Source: Candidatus Falkowbacteria bacterium GW2011_GWF2_43_32 (GTDB lineage Bacteria > Patescibacteriota > Patescibacteriia > Patescibacteriales > UBA12465). From it: a stretch of 64,000 bases of DNA. A program made the translations under genes and the position numbers. Shown piece after piece: positions 18,659 to 28,011 of this stretch (position 1 is its first letter; each line of letters opens with the position of its first letter). The notes beneath the pieces were generated by a model. The model searched no databases, was not told where the DNA came from, and saw only the letters and a list, made by a program, of their open reading frames with translations. The stretch lies in the NCBI GenBank assembly GCA_000999715.1, contig LCGL01000001.1, forward strand, positions 387,139 to 451,138, read 5' to 3'.

Positions 18659-19564
18659 TTAATTGTTTGTTTTGCGGCTATTATACACAAAGTCTTCGTT
18701 GATTTTCCAAACACCTTTTTCCCGAAAAGCCGGGATATTTTGACGTCGAGCGGCATTAAGCATAGCCGGCGCAGATAAGCTATGAATTTTTGTGTATTCA
18801 GACAAAGTAATAATTTTTTGATTTTTAAGATAAGTGATTCTTTTATGCAATGATTCGGTCAAAGCCAAAGAAATAACTTTTTCCATTGTTTTAGTGTTCT
18901 TTTTGTCCCGATAAACCTCAAACGCTTTGTAATATTCTTTTTTCTCTCGGTCACGGATGGTAACTACCGGAAAACCGAGCTGTTGAAGTTGAAAACAAAT
19001 AAGAATCCGGCCAATCCGGCCGTTGCCGTCGTTAAAGGGATGGATATTTTCAAAATCCAAATGAAATTTAGCTACTTTGTCCAAGAAATAATTTGACAGG
19101 TCGCCGGTATATTCAAGAATTATAGTTTTAATCATCAATTTAGCCTGTTCCGGAGCCGGAGCGACGTATGTCCCGACTCGAACATATTCGCCGGTATTCC
19201 TAAAACGGCCGGCGATTTCATCATCTATGCCACCGATCAACATCTGATGTAAAAGTAAAATTAATTCTTCGTTGATTTCCGTCTCTCGGCCTTTGTTTCG
19301 GATATAACCGATGACTCGGGCTAAATTTTTTGCCTCATAGGCTTCGCGCAGAGAAACGTCTCTGGAAATTTCCATGTCCAGAAGAATTTTCTCGGTTTCT
19401 TTGAGAGTCAGAGTGGAATTTTCAATGGCATTGGAGTTATAGACGCTTTCCGGAACTTCTGCTTCGTCAAGTATAGTCAAAAGCGACTCTCTGCCTTGGC
19501 GAAGAGTATCAAATTCGTTTTTCAGGGCGGTAAGCCGGGTTTTTATCGGTTTGGTTATGGCCAT
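18659..19564 (-). CDS. Fic/DOC family protein
   Basis: Canonical Fic motif HPFNDGNGRIGR. Start placed at the ATG at 19564 (MAITKPIK). Confidence 0.85.
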   Translation of the reverse strand: MAITKPIKTRLTALKNEFDTLRQGRESLLTILDEAEVPESVYNSNAIENSTLTLKETEKILLDMEISRDVSLREAYEAKNLARVIGYIRNKGRETEINEELILLLHQMLIGGIDDEIAGRFRNTGEYVRVGTYVAPAPEQAKLMIKTIILEYTGDLSNYFLDKVAKFHLDFENIHPFNDGNGRIGRILICFQLQQLGFPVVTIRDREKKEYYKAFEVYRDKKNTKTMEKVISLALTESLHKRITYLKNQKIITLSEYTKIHSLSAPAMLNAARRQNIPAFREKGVWKINEDFVYNSRKTNN

Positions 19565-19688
19565 ATAATATATTGCAATTATATACCATTCACTAAAAAA
19601 TGTCAATACTTAGTGAATTTAACCTATTTTATAGCTATTTTCACTAAAAAATAGAGTTTTTATAAGCGATTTCTTTATTTAGTTTAGA

Positions 19689-19760
19689 AGTCTCCAGGGG
19701 GAGTTGAACTCTCATCTTGAGATCCGGAATCTCACATTCCATCCGCTGAGCTATGGAGAC
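19689..19760 (-). pseudogene. Degenerate second copy of tRNA-Arg(CCG)
   Basis: About 89% identical over about 70 nt to the tRNA at 17472..17546, with identical acceptor and anticodon arms. It has mismatches in the D stem (GCTC/GAAT) and T stem (GAGAG/CCCCC) and no encoded CCA. Confidence 0.5.
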
Positions 19761-19830
19761 GCGATTTAATGATGATAAATTTGGCCAGTTCACTTTAATA
19801 TAAAACAAGTTGTAAAACAAGATTACAAAA

Positions 19831-19852
19831 AACCGCCGAAAAGCGGTTTTTT
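19831..19852. terminator. Bidirectional intrinsic terminator
   Basis: AAAAAACCGC-CGAAAA-GCGGTTTTTT. Confidence 0.6.
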
Positions 19853-19878
19853 GACTGATTATTTCAAAGAGGGTTATT

Positions 19879-20706
19879 TTATTCTGTGCTGGAATCCATC
19901 AGGGAATCTACGACTGCTTCTCCGCCGTCTTCAATCTCCAGTTCGCCGGCAACGGCTTCGCTGGAGGAAGAGGTGCCAATCATGTTTTTGGCACACTCTT
20001 TCAGGCCGGTTCGGTAAGCGCCCCAGATTTCTTTTTGTTTGGCTTTGGCGGCCGTATTTATCCTCTTGCTTTCCGTACGAAAAGTATTCACGCAAGCGTC
20101 CAGATTTTTTTTCTGATCATCGGCGGATTGAACGGCCGCTTGTTGGCAAACGCTGCGGGCGGTGATAGCGGCGCCGAAATCAACGGCGACGGTATTAACT
20201 TTTTCTACCAAGGCTTTGTCTTTGACGTCAATCGCCGCGATAACACAAGCGGAAATATCGGCCGTGACCGTCAACGGTTGGCGAGGGGTTTCTTTTTTTA
20301 TTCCCCACAAAGCGTTGCCGACTTTGCGGATCTTTTCATAAAGATTTATGAAGGCCGGAGCGGCGATTTTTTCCAGATTTTTATCGGTCGAATTAACGCC
20401 GGCGTTGGTCGAAGTGGCCTTGGTGGAGGTGGCGTTAACGGAGGAACTATTCGTCTGCGATTGTTCTCGGCGAACTCCGTATAAGGCGTTGCCGATTTTC
20501 TTCATCACCCGAAAATTTTTAATTTGATCGGGCGAAGGGATTTTTTCTAAACCGTCAACGGACGCGGCGTTTGCCGTTGCCGTAGCGGTCACCGCGGTTG
20601 TCGCGGACTGGTCAGTTTCTTCGGCTTGCAACGGCGCGATGACCGCGAAAGACAAAGTAAAAACCGCCAGAATTATGAGAAAACTTATTTTTTTCATAGT
20701 TTTCAA
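19879..20706 (-). CDS. Hypothetical secreted protein with an internal duplication
   Basis: Signal peptide (..APLQAEE). Two copies of LEKI.(S/A)P..I.N....(K/R)K(I/V)GNAL(Y/W)G(V/I)..E, separated by S/T/N-rich low-complexity sequence. Confidence 0.55.
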   Translation of the reverse strand: MKTMKKISFLIILAVFTLSFAVIAPLQAEETDQSATTAVTATATANAASVDGLEKIPSPDQIKNFRVMKKIGNALYGVRREQSQTNSSSVNATSTKATSTNAGVNSTDKNLEKIAAPAFINLYEKIRKVGNALWGIKKETPRQPLTVTADISACVIAAIDVKDKALVEKVNTVAVDFGAAITARSVCQQAAVQSADDQKKNLDACVNTFRTESKRINTAAKAKQKEIWGAYRTGLKECAKNMIGTSSSSEAVAGELEIEDGGEAVVDSLMDSSTE

Positions 20707-20797
20707 ATTAGTTAATAAATTATTCTTTGATTATAGCATAAAGAGCGGGCCTTCCGCCAGAAAGTCCGAAGTTTTCGGAAAGCCGTCGGGCAGGAAA

Positions 20798-21913
20798 TCA
20801 GCCGGATTTTTTTCTCAGTTTAACCGTCGCCAGAAAAGTAGCCACCGGCATAGACAGCATAACCCCGATGCCGCCCACTAAAGTTCTGACTATTTCCGTA
20901 CTGACTATTTCGGTGTTTACCAGTCGACCGAAAGTCAGACCGGATTCTTGATTTAAGATGAATAATAACAAGAGAGGCAGGGCGGCGCCGGCATAGGCCA
21001 GAAAAAGGGTGTTGATAATCGCGCCCAGATGAGTATTGCCGACTTTATAGGCCAAAGTAAAAATTTTTTTCGGCGGCAAAGAGGGATTGGCCGCTTTAAT
21101 TTGTTCAACCGTTTCTATTTGGCCGATGATAATATCATCCAAGACGCCGATGGCGCCGATGATGAATCCGGCCAGCAATAATCCTTGGAAATTGATGGTG
21201 GTATTTCCCAGGCCGATTAAAAAAGCCGCTTCTTCCTGGGCTAGTCCCGATAGTTTAGTTAAGTTTGTGAAGATTAACGACAAGATTAAGGTTATAGACA
21301 GGGAAATCAGCACGGAAGCGACGGCCAGATGTGATTTTTTTTGAACGCCTTCCGTGAGATAGATTACGACCGCCAAAATTACCAGCCCGCCGACGAGGCT
21401 GATCAGAAAAGGATCGCGGCCGTTCAGTATTTGCGGCAGAATGAATTTGATGATGATAACGAAGCTGATGGCCAGGCTGATTAAGGCCTTGAAACCTTTA
21501 TATCGACCGATGAGCAGAGCGGTCAAGATAAATAATGTAAATAAAAGAAAGAGCTGTCCGCTTCGGACAAAGTCGGTGATATAAAAAATTGTGGCGCCGC
21601 TTTCGTCGGTATAAGCATCCATGAAAACTCGGTCGCCGACTTTATAGAGGCCGATATTGGCCACTTCAACATCGTCCAGGCCCTGATAAATTACTTCGCG
21701 ATTTTTCCATTCGCCCTCCAGTCCGAGAAGTTTCAGATTTTGTTGTGCGAAAACAGACCCGTCTTCCCGTGTTTTTTGTTCAACTTGCAAAATTTCCATG
21801 ACGACCGCTTTGAAGATTGCGGGAGACTGGTTTGGTGTTTCTGCTCGGGATAAAGGCGGCCATAAAAAAATGGTCAACAATATTATGACGAGCAGTTGGC
21901 TGATTTTTTTCAT
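20798..21913 (-). CDS. YibE/F-like integral membrane protein
   Basis: Signal/TM segment, a roughly 100-aa extracytoplasmic beta domain, then about 7 TM helices. This layout is typical of the YibE/F family; the family call rests on recollection of the architecture only. Confidence 0.5.
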   Translation of the reverse strand: MKKISQLLVIILLTIFLWPPLSRAETPNQSPAIFKAVVMEILQVEQKTREDGSVFAQQNLKLLGLEGEWKNREVIYQGLDDVEVANIGLYKVGDRVFMDAYTDESGATIFYITDFVRSGQLFLLFTLFILTALLIGRYKGFKALISLAISFVIIIKFILPQILNGRDPFLISLVGGLVILAVVIYLTEGVQKKSHLAVASVLISLSITLILSLIFTNLTKLSGLAQEEAAFLIGLGNTTINFQGLLLAGFIIGAIGVLDDIIIGQIETVEQIKAANPSLPPKKIFTLAYKVGNTHLGAIINTLFLAYAGAALPLLLLFILNQESGLTFGRLVNTEIVSTEIVRTLVGGIGVMLSMPVATFLATVKLRKKSG

Positions 21914-22302
21914 ATTTTAAAATAATCCAGAGCTGGTTTGATGTTCGGAGCCAAATTTTCTTTGTCCAAATCCTCCAATTTTATCCAGCGCCATTCTCGG
22001 ATATCTTTTCCCGGCTTGATTTCACCGTGTCTGGCCGCCAAAAAATGAACCAGAATCACGCTGACCGCCCGGCCGTCTTTTTCTTTTTTGGTATGGAAAA
22101 AATACGGCTCATGATTCAGAATTTCTATCTCCAAACCCATTTCTTCCCGCACTTCTCGTTTGGCCGCTTCTTCAAGATCAAATTCGTCTTCGGCTACGCG
22201 GCCGCCGCAGAATTTCCAAAAATCGTCTTCGCCGTGCTTGTTCAGCAAGACTTGGCCGTTTTCAATTATCACCGGTCCGGAAGCGATAATGAGTTGAGAC
22301 AT
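21910..22302 (-). CDS. NUDIX hydrolase
   Basis: Near-canonical Nudix box GGRVAEDEFDLEEAAKREVREEMGL. Confidence 0.8.
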   Translation of the reverse strand: MSQLIIASGPVIIENGQVLLNKHGEDDFWKFCGGRVAEDEFDLEEAAKREVREEMGLEIEILNHEPYFFHTKKEKDGRAVSVILVHFLAARHGEIKPGKDIREWRWIKLEDLDKENLAPNIKPALDYFKI

Positions 22303-22334
22303 ATGTTTTATTTTATAATCGGATTAGTACTATA

Positions 22335-23009
22335 TTAGCATGATTTGCCGGGATTTTCAATCGGTTTTAATGGTGTTTGTCGATGTTCAGAGCGGTAGAT
22401 GGGCAGAGTTTTAAAAGGCAGTTTTTTCAATAATTCCGTTTTGACCGCCAGCATAATGTTTTGCCGGTACCACCAGTCAACTTGTTGATTATGAGCCAGC
22501 TTGGCGCGAAAAGGATCCAGCAGTTCATAGCCGTGTCGACGAAAAAGATTCTGCCAATATTCCGGCCATTGTTCGTTCACGTGACCGATGCCAATGTCGC
22601 CTTGGCCGGGAATGGCGGCACTGAAAAGAATGATGTCGGCGGCAGTCGTTAAATTGCGAATAAACAGTTCCGCTTTATCGGCCGGTAAATGTTCGGCCAC
22701 TTCCAGGCTAATCGCCAAGTCAAATTTTTTGTTCAAGATTAGGGGTGCCGATAAATCATGCGCCAAAAAAGAGGCGGCGGGAATATATAGTTTTTTTATA
22801 TCAATATAGTCTCCGTCTATTCCCAAGATTTCTTTTGCGCCTTGTTCGGCAAAAGCTTTCAACCAAGTTCCCAGTCCGCAGCCGACATCAACCACGCTGT
22901 GCGGTTTTATCAATTCTAATACTAGGGGAATAATGATTTTCGCCGACTGATATGATCCCTCGGCTTGTCGGGCGAAGAAATTGGCATCGTAGATATTTGA
23001 TTCATACAT
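22335..23009 (-). CDS. Class I SAM-dependent methyltransferase
   Basis: Motif I VVDVGCGLGTW. Start placed at the ATG at 23009 (MYESNIYD); the longer ORF would run through the junction repeat and terminator. Confidence 0.7.
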   Translation of the reverse strand: MYESNIYDANFFARQAEGSYQSAKIIIPLVLELIKPHSVVDVGCGLGTWLKAFAEQGAKEILGIDGDYIDIKKLYIPAASFLAHDLSAPLILNKKFDLAISLEVAEHLPADKAELFIRNLTTAADIILFSAAIPGQGDIGIGHVNEQWPEYWQNLFRRHGYELLDPFRAKLAHNQQVDWWYRQNIMLAVKTELLKKLPFKTLPIYRSEHRQTPLKPIENPGKSC

Positions 23010-23205
23010 AGAGTTGTTTCTTTTATTATAACAAAAAATAAGGCATTTGACCTTATTTTTATCGGCGGTGTACTCGGGGTAAGTCCCCCTATATAGCAAC
23101 ATTATAAGACTTTTCCGAGAACTTTTCATTGGACCATCTTTTTTTTCTGATATTCCTATGTATAAATTTTGATTATCAGTAAAATCCATAATTTTATTGT
23201 ATAAG

Positions 23206-24270
23206 CTAGATCTTTACATACCTTGTTCCCCGTCCTCGGCCAATTGCTTTTATTTTTTTCAGTGCTATTAAGCGAGCTAACGCTTGACGTACGGTCGGCA
23301 TCAGTACGCCGGTCGCTTTCATAATATCGCTCGGACTGGCCTCAAGTACGCCGGAAATATAATGCCAGACTTCATATTGCTTAGGCGAGAGGGTATCTTC
23401 AACTTTTTCTTCTTCAAGATAAACTAAAGCCGCAGTCGCCTGTTCTTTGATAACGACGAGAAAAAAGTTAAGCCAAGGCGAAATAGTGGCTTGGTCGGTC
23501 TTAAAAGTTTCTTGTGATTTACGCAGAGCAATATAATATTCGTCTTTCCGTTTTTCGACTAATTGTTCATGTGAAACATATTGAATAAACTGGTAGCCGT
23601 GACGGAGCAAAAGAAGATTGGTCAGCACGCGAGAAAGACGTCCGTTACCATCTTCAAACGGGTGAATCTTTAAAAATTCAATAACAAAATTAGCAATAAT
23701 AAGTAGCGGATGAAAACGATTCTTTTCAAACGCTTCCGCCGTCCATTCCACCAGTGCCTGCATTTCTATCGGCGTCAGATAGGCCGGAGTCGTCTCAAAT
23801 ATAATTTTAGCTACCCGCCCGTCAGGCCCCATTACGCCGACGGCATTTTCTATTTTTTTATACTGGCCTCGCTGTCGCTCATCTTTACTAGAATATTTAA
23901 GAAGTTCGTTATGCAATGATTGAATAATGCTTTCCCTAAGCGGTAAAGCTTGATAATTATCGAAAATGTTTTGTAAGGTCTCAAGATATCCTTGCACTTC
24001 TTGTGAATCTCGATCAGCAAATTTAGAAATCGCCAAACCTTGCATAATCTTCTTAACTTCTTCATCATTTAGCCTCGAGCCTTCAATACGAGTTGAAGCA
24101 CCGGCCGAAGTGATCAGGGTCGATTTTTTAAGATTAGTAATCGCTTGAGGCGTCATCCGTAAACCCGACTTAAATTCTCCCCTAATACCGTCAATTTCAG
24201 CCAAAAGAGCCACAATGTGTGGTTCCGGGCTCTTAATACGATTATCAAATTTTAGAGTATTATCGTTCAT
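23206..24270 (-). CDS. Fic family protein with C-terminal winged-helix domain
   Basis: Fic motif HPFEDGNGRLSR. The C-terminal segment (PSDIMKATGVLMPTVRQALARLIALKKIKAIGRGRGTRY) is wHTH-like. Confidence 0.85.
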   Translation of the reverse strand: MNDNTLKFDNRIKSPEPHIVALLAEIDGIRGEFKSGLRMTPQAITNLKKSTLITSAGASTRIEGSRLNDEEVKKIMQGLAISKFADRDSQEVQGYLETLQNIFDNYQALPLRESIIQSLHNELLKYSSKDERQRGQYKKIENAVGVMGPDGRVAKIIFETTPAYLTPIEMQALVEWTAEAFEKNRFHPLLIIANFVIEFLKIHPFEDGNGRLSRVLTNLLLLRHGYQFIQYVSHEQLVEKRKDEYYIALRKSQETFKTDQATISPWLNFFLVVIKEQATAALVYLEEEKVEDTLSPKQYEVWHYISGVLEASPSDIMKATGVLMPTVRQALARLIALKKIKAIGRGRGTRYVKI

Positions 24271-24526
24271 AAAATTGTTTATAATTAATGATATATACTA
24301 TATAGCAGATTATAGCAGTAAATAGCAGATTAATCAAGTAGGCTTTATTTAGTAGATATAATTACTTACTTTGGAATAAATGATATTTATATAAAAATTA
24401 GCTAAAATATATAATTATTTACTATTATTTTGCTTACTCCCTCCCTAGCTTTGGAACTTTTGGGCATCAAAAAATAAGGCATTTGACCTTATTTTTATCG
24501 GCGGAGAGGGGGCGCACTGGGAATGG

Positions 24527-24931
24527 TTATCGCTTAATTTCCATGCCCGTGCCTGACAATTTAAAACCGAATTTTTTATAGAAAGGAATCAAAAATTCTT
24601 TATTTTCCGGAGACGCAAATACACCAATAGAGGTATAACCTTTATCGTTAACCTGACTAATTAAACTATTCATGATCATTTTTCCGATTCCTTTGCCTTG
24701 ATAATCTTTGTGAACGACAATATCGTACAGCATGCACATTATTCCGTCTTCTAGAATTCTTCCCATGCCAACCATTAAATTTCCATCCCAGACGCTATAA
24801 ACAAAAGAAGATTTTTCCAGAATCTCTTTCCATTTTTCTGGACCACGATGTCTGTGCCAACCAACCGAATCGCGAAGAGATTCTATTTGTTTAACATCTA
24901 GATTTTTTTTTGTGGATTCAATCAAGTTCAT
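24527..24931 (-). CDS. GNAT family N-acetyltransferase
   Basis: Acetyl-CoA motif A VHKDYQGKGIGKMIM. 134 aa. An extended -10-like TGATATAAT lies only about 8 nt upstream of the ATG. Confidence 0.8.
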   Translation of the reverse strand: MNLIESTKKNLDVKQIESLRDSVGWHRHRGPEKWKEILEKSSFVYSVWDGNLMVGMGRILEDGIMCMLYDIVVHKDYQGKGIGKMIMNSLISQVNDKGYTSIGVFASPENKEFLIPFYKKFGFKLSGTGMEIKR

Positions 24932-25051
24932 ATATATTAATTATATCACGACGTTCCAAAGTGATAAACTCCCTAGCAAAAAATAGCCCCAATATTAGGG
25001 CTATTTACAATCTGCGGAGAGGGTGGGACGTAGTTGGAACGGTTATAACTT

Positions 25052-25486
25052 TTAATTAGTTTCTATCTTCTTTAAATCTCTAGTGAGTTTTCTTAATTTA
25101 TTCGGAATTTTTAATTTTAAGAACTCATCTATACTAACCCATTTGTATAAGTCATGCTCCCAACTTATCAACAATTTCCCCCTAGAAATAAAACCTCTAA
25201 ATGCCAAAGTTACCCAATAATCACCTGATAAGGTAGTGTGAGCATCAACACCAAAAAGACTTATATTATTAACAACCAAACCAGTCTCTTCTTTAACTTC
25301 TCGAATTATAGACTTTAGAGGTTCTTCACCAAATTTAACATCACCCCCAGGAAGATCCCAGTATAAAGGGTTCGAAGGAGCGGTTTTCGTACGTCGCATA
25401 GTTAAAAATTTCCCATTCAGACCAAATACAAAAGCTTTTTGAGAAAATCCTATTACTCCCATTTTTGGCTGTTTTTTCTTAACCAT
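25052..25486 (-). CDS. NUDIX hydrolase
   Basis: Perfect Nudix box GGDVKFGEEPLKSIIREVKEETGL. Start placed at the ATG at 25486; the track's start is a TTG inside the junction repeat. Confidence 0.75.
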   Translation of the reverse strand: MVKKKQPKMGVIGFSQKAFVFGLNGKFLTMRRTKTAPSNPLYWDLPGGDVKFGEEPLKSIIREVKEETGLVVNNISLFGVDAHTTLSGDYWVTLAFRGFISRGKLLISWEHDLYKWVSIDEFLKLKIPNKLRKLTRDLKKIETN

Positions 25487-25731
25487 AAAATTAATAACAA
25501 AATCTTTTAAACATTCTTTTAACGGTTTTATTATATCATAGCGTTCCAAAGCAATAAACTCCCTATCAAAAAATAGCTCTAATATTAGAACTGTTTCTTA
25601 CTGCGGAGAGGGAGGGATTATATTGGAATGCGTGTTAACAATAAAGTTATTGATGTTATGGTCTGGAACAAATAAAAAAGGAAGACTATTGTTAGACTTC
25701 CTCTAAATTTTCCTTTAATCTTTTACTAAGC

Positions 25732-26136
25732 TCATCCTTTAAAATCCGGGTTATAAATTCCTTTTTTATATGCTTTATAGATATAGTTTCGGATAGCTTC
25801 AAGTTTCTTGAAGTAGGAATTGTCTACTTCAAAGATCTTTCCGTCTTTTACAAACTCTGTGGACGTCAAATTGAATGATACATCGTCAACTATAAAAGTT
25901 TTTTCGTTCCAAGAAATCTTGACATTTTCATTCTTTGATCCTGAATTATAGTCGTAATAACTAATAGCTATTGAAATGTTGCTGTCCGGATTCTTTTCTG
26001 AAACAGTTTTGTAAATTTCCTCTGACCAGTTTTTGCAGGTTCCAGGAATATTCAACATCATAAGTTGTGCTTTTAATGAAGTGTTAATCAACAATCCCAA
26101 AGCAACGATACTTAAAAGAATAAATACTTTTTTCAT
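25732..26136 (-). CDS. Hypothetical secreted protein
   Basis: Signal peptide MKKVFILLSIVALGLLINTSLKAQ. No recognisable domain. Confidence 0.55.
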   Translation of the reverse strand: MKKVFILLSIVALGLLINTSLKAQLMMLNIPGTCKNWSEEIYKTVSEKNPDSNISIAISYYDYNSGSKNENVKISWNEKTFIVDDVSFNLTSTEFVKDGKIFEVDNSYFKKLEAIRNYIYKAYKKGIYNPDFKG

Positions 26137-26407
26137 GATTCTACCTTTTTAAGATTAATAATAATTTGATTAATTACTAAATCCGCCTGTTTTCAGACAA
26201 TCTTAGTAATTAATCAAATTTAACCTTATTTTTTAAAGTTCTAAACTAACAAAAAAATATACCATACTGGTATACTTTTGTCAATCAGCGGGGTGTTAGG
26301 GACGCTATCTGAACTTTTTTGATGGATTATTCATAACATTAGGTAAATATGTAGTTTAGTTTTTGTTAAAAAAGGAGTCATTGATTGACTCCTTGTGTTT
26401 TTCACAA

Positions 26408-26695
26408 TTAGTATAAGAACAGTTTTAATTCTGTTTCTTCTATACAAATTTTTGCATTAATTCTGACAAGTTTCTTTCTTAAAGTATTTATACCAGGCTC
26501 GTACTTCCTTTCTGATAATACTTTTTCCAGACTTTCTTTTTCTTGCTTTAACTTGCCCAATTTTGCTGATTTTCTTTTTTCAATAATATACATATCACTT
26601 CCGGACAATGTGCTTACTATATTGACCATGATGAAGTGAGCAATTGTGCGGCACATAAATTCACTGACACCTAAAGAAAAAAATAATAAAACCAA
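26408..26695 (-). CDS. Hypothetical small protein (possibly the 3' part of a disrupted gene)
   Basis: 95-aa ORF with a hydrophobic N-terminus and a charged helix. A 43-aa hydrophobic ORF (26723..26854, minus) lies just upstream in another frame, so a frameshifted membrane protein is possible. Confidence 0.3.
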   Translation of the reverse strand: MVLLFFSLGVSEFMCRTIAHFIMVNIVSTLSGSDMYIIEKRKSAKLGKLKQEKESLEKVLSERKYEPGINTLRKKLVRINAKICIEETELKLFLY

Positions 26696-27106
26696 ACCAT
26701 TGAACCAGTTTAATTCCAGTTCTAATTGCAGTCAGGCATAGAAAAAACCTATCAGCAATATTGAAGTAAAAAAATAGATAAACATTGAATCTGATAATTT
26801 TCTGTAAAAATAATTAAACAAAAAATTTTCTTTCTTTTTTGTTACAGCATTCATGATGATTTCCTCCTTTTAATTATTAAAGTTCATATTTATATAACAA
26901 AAAATTATAATAAATTAATAACATTTTGTCAATCATCGGTTCCCACATTCTGAACTTAAGCTTAATTTAGCGCAAAAAAACAAGCATTCGAACTAAATAA
27001 TTTTATCTAATATTAGATTTAATAATGTTGTTTTTATAATAACCGTCCCTGACACCTTCAGTCAATTATAACTATTTTGTAACTCGATATTTTTGCTTAT
27101 ATAAAA

Positions 27107-27340
27107 CAAAAAATAAGGCTATAAACCTTATTTTTGGCGAACTGCGGAGAGGGAGGGATTTCCGCCCTCGCTCCGCTTCCGCGTCGCTCACTTGTCCCGG
27201 GTCAGCTCAATCGCATCCTCGCCGCTCGGAAAAGCGGCTCGGATTTGTTTTGCTTCTTCCGCCAGCCGGCGGACTGTTCGGATCCCTTTCGTCTTTTACG
27301 CATACAAAAATACAACCCAGAAGGGTTATATTTTTGTATG
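27107..27340 (-). repeat. GC-rich mini-element, copy A (direct repeat of 29603..29826)
   Basis: Near-identical to copy B apart from a 3-nt and a roughly 13-nt indel. Contents: terminator AAAAAATAAGGCTATAAACCTTATTTTT, the tRNA-Ser 3' core, about 150 nt of GC-rich sequence, and a 40-nt hairpin at 27301-27340. Confidence 0.85.
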
Positions 27341-27390
27341 CGGGGTGTCGTGGACGTTGTTAGAACTGGGATGTTTAAAAATACCAACAA

Positions 27391-28011
27391 TTAGCAATTT
27401 TCTGTAAACTTTTTAAACTCCTCAATATCTTCCTCGGAACCTAGTATACGAACTTGTTCTGGCTCAAAGACAACATATTCATCGGGATAAACAGACCTAT
27501 CATCTATACTCTCATCAGCAACGCCAATTATGCTGTCATAGCCATCTTTTTTTAATTGATCAAGATCGGCCTGCTGAATATTGGCCACATTTCTATAACT
27601 ATTATCGCCCACACCTATCTTTACACTTTTGGGGGATGTCATTTTTAACAACACGCTATACATTTGCTCTCCAAACCCACTGGCATATTCAATATCGCTA
27701 GTAAAATAGTGGCCTAAACCATACCTCATTTTCAATTCATCCCTACCTAATTTTTTATTGTATTTTGTATTATCGAATTTTTCTATTCCTTCATTTCCTT
27801 CATGATAAAGAATATTTTTTATTTTACTTTGAGGAAACACAACATCCAGATACTGAGAGTATTGCTCTTGGCTGCCAATAGAAGCTAACTCTGGATTTTT
27901 CTCAAAAACAAAATCAACCCCCTTTTTAATAGCAGCGGATTCTACCTTATTCTGATTATGTTCGGCTGTGAGATTAATTTCATCACCGATATTATTATGA
28001 AAAAAATTCAT
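27391..28011 (-). CDS. ADP-ribosyltransferase-like domain protein (phage/conjugative 'polyvalent protein' ART-type)
   Basis: QEQYSQYLDVVFPQSKIKNILYHEG..., GHYFTSD..., DSIIGV..., DEYVVFEPEQVRILGS. This is an H-Y-E-like arrangement that I recall from ART domains of polyvalent proteins. Not searched. Confidence 0.45.
   Translation of the reverse strand: MNFFHNNIGDEINLTAEHNQNKVESAAIKKGVDFVFEKNPELASIGSQEQYSQYLDVVFPQSKIKNILYHEGNEGIEKFDNTKYNKKLGRDELKMRYGLGHYFTSDIEYASGFGEQMYSVLLKMTSPKSVKIGVGDNSYRNVANIQQADLDQLKKDGYDSIIGVADESIDDRSVYPDEYVVFEPEQVRILGSEEDIEEFKKFTENC

Noticed and set aside
22335-23189. Long form of the methyltransferase ORF (start at 23189)
   Set aside because: The N-terminal 60 codons would read through the junction repeat and terminator hairpin (23033-23070). 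The internal ATG at 23009 gives a normal-length class I methyltransferase.
24941-25045. Possibility that the roughly 100-bp junctions are canonical integron attC sites
   Set aside because: The terminal inverted boxes are CGTTCCAA...TTGGAACG, which is GTT...AAC order. This does not fit RYYYAAC...GTTRRRY. No intI, attI or Pc is visible, and the core derives from a tRNA 3' end. The resemblance to integrons is organisational only.
27134-27407. ORFs 27134..27394 (+), 27192..27407 (+) and 27202..27390 (-)
   Set aside because: They lie entirely within the GC-rich repeat, hairpin and junction sequence. Their copy-B equivalents run into the tRNA-Ser gene, and the indels between copies A and B break the frames. 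They are non-coding.
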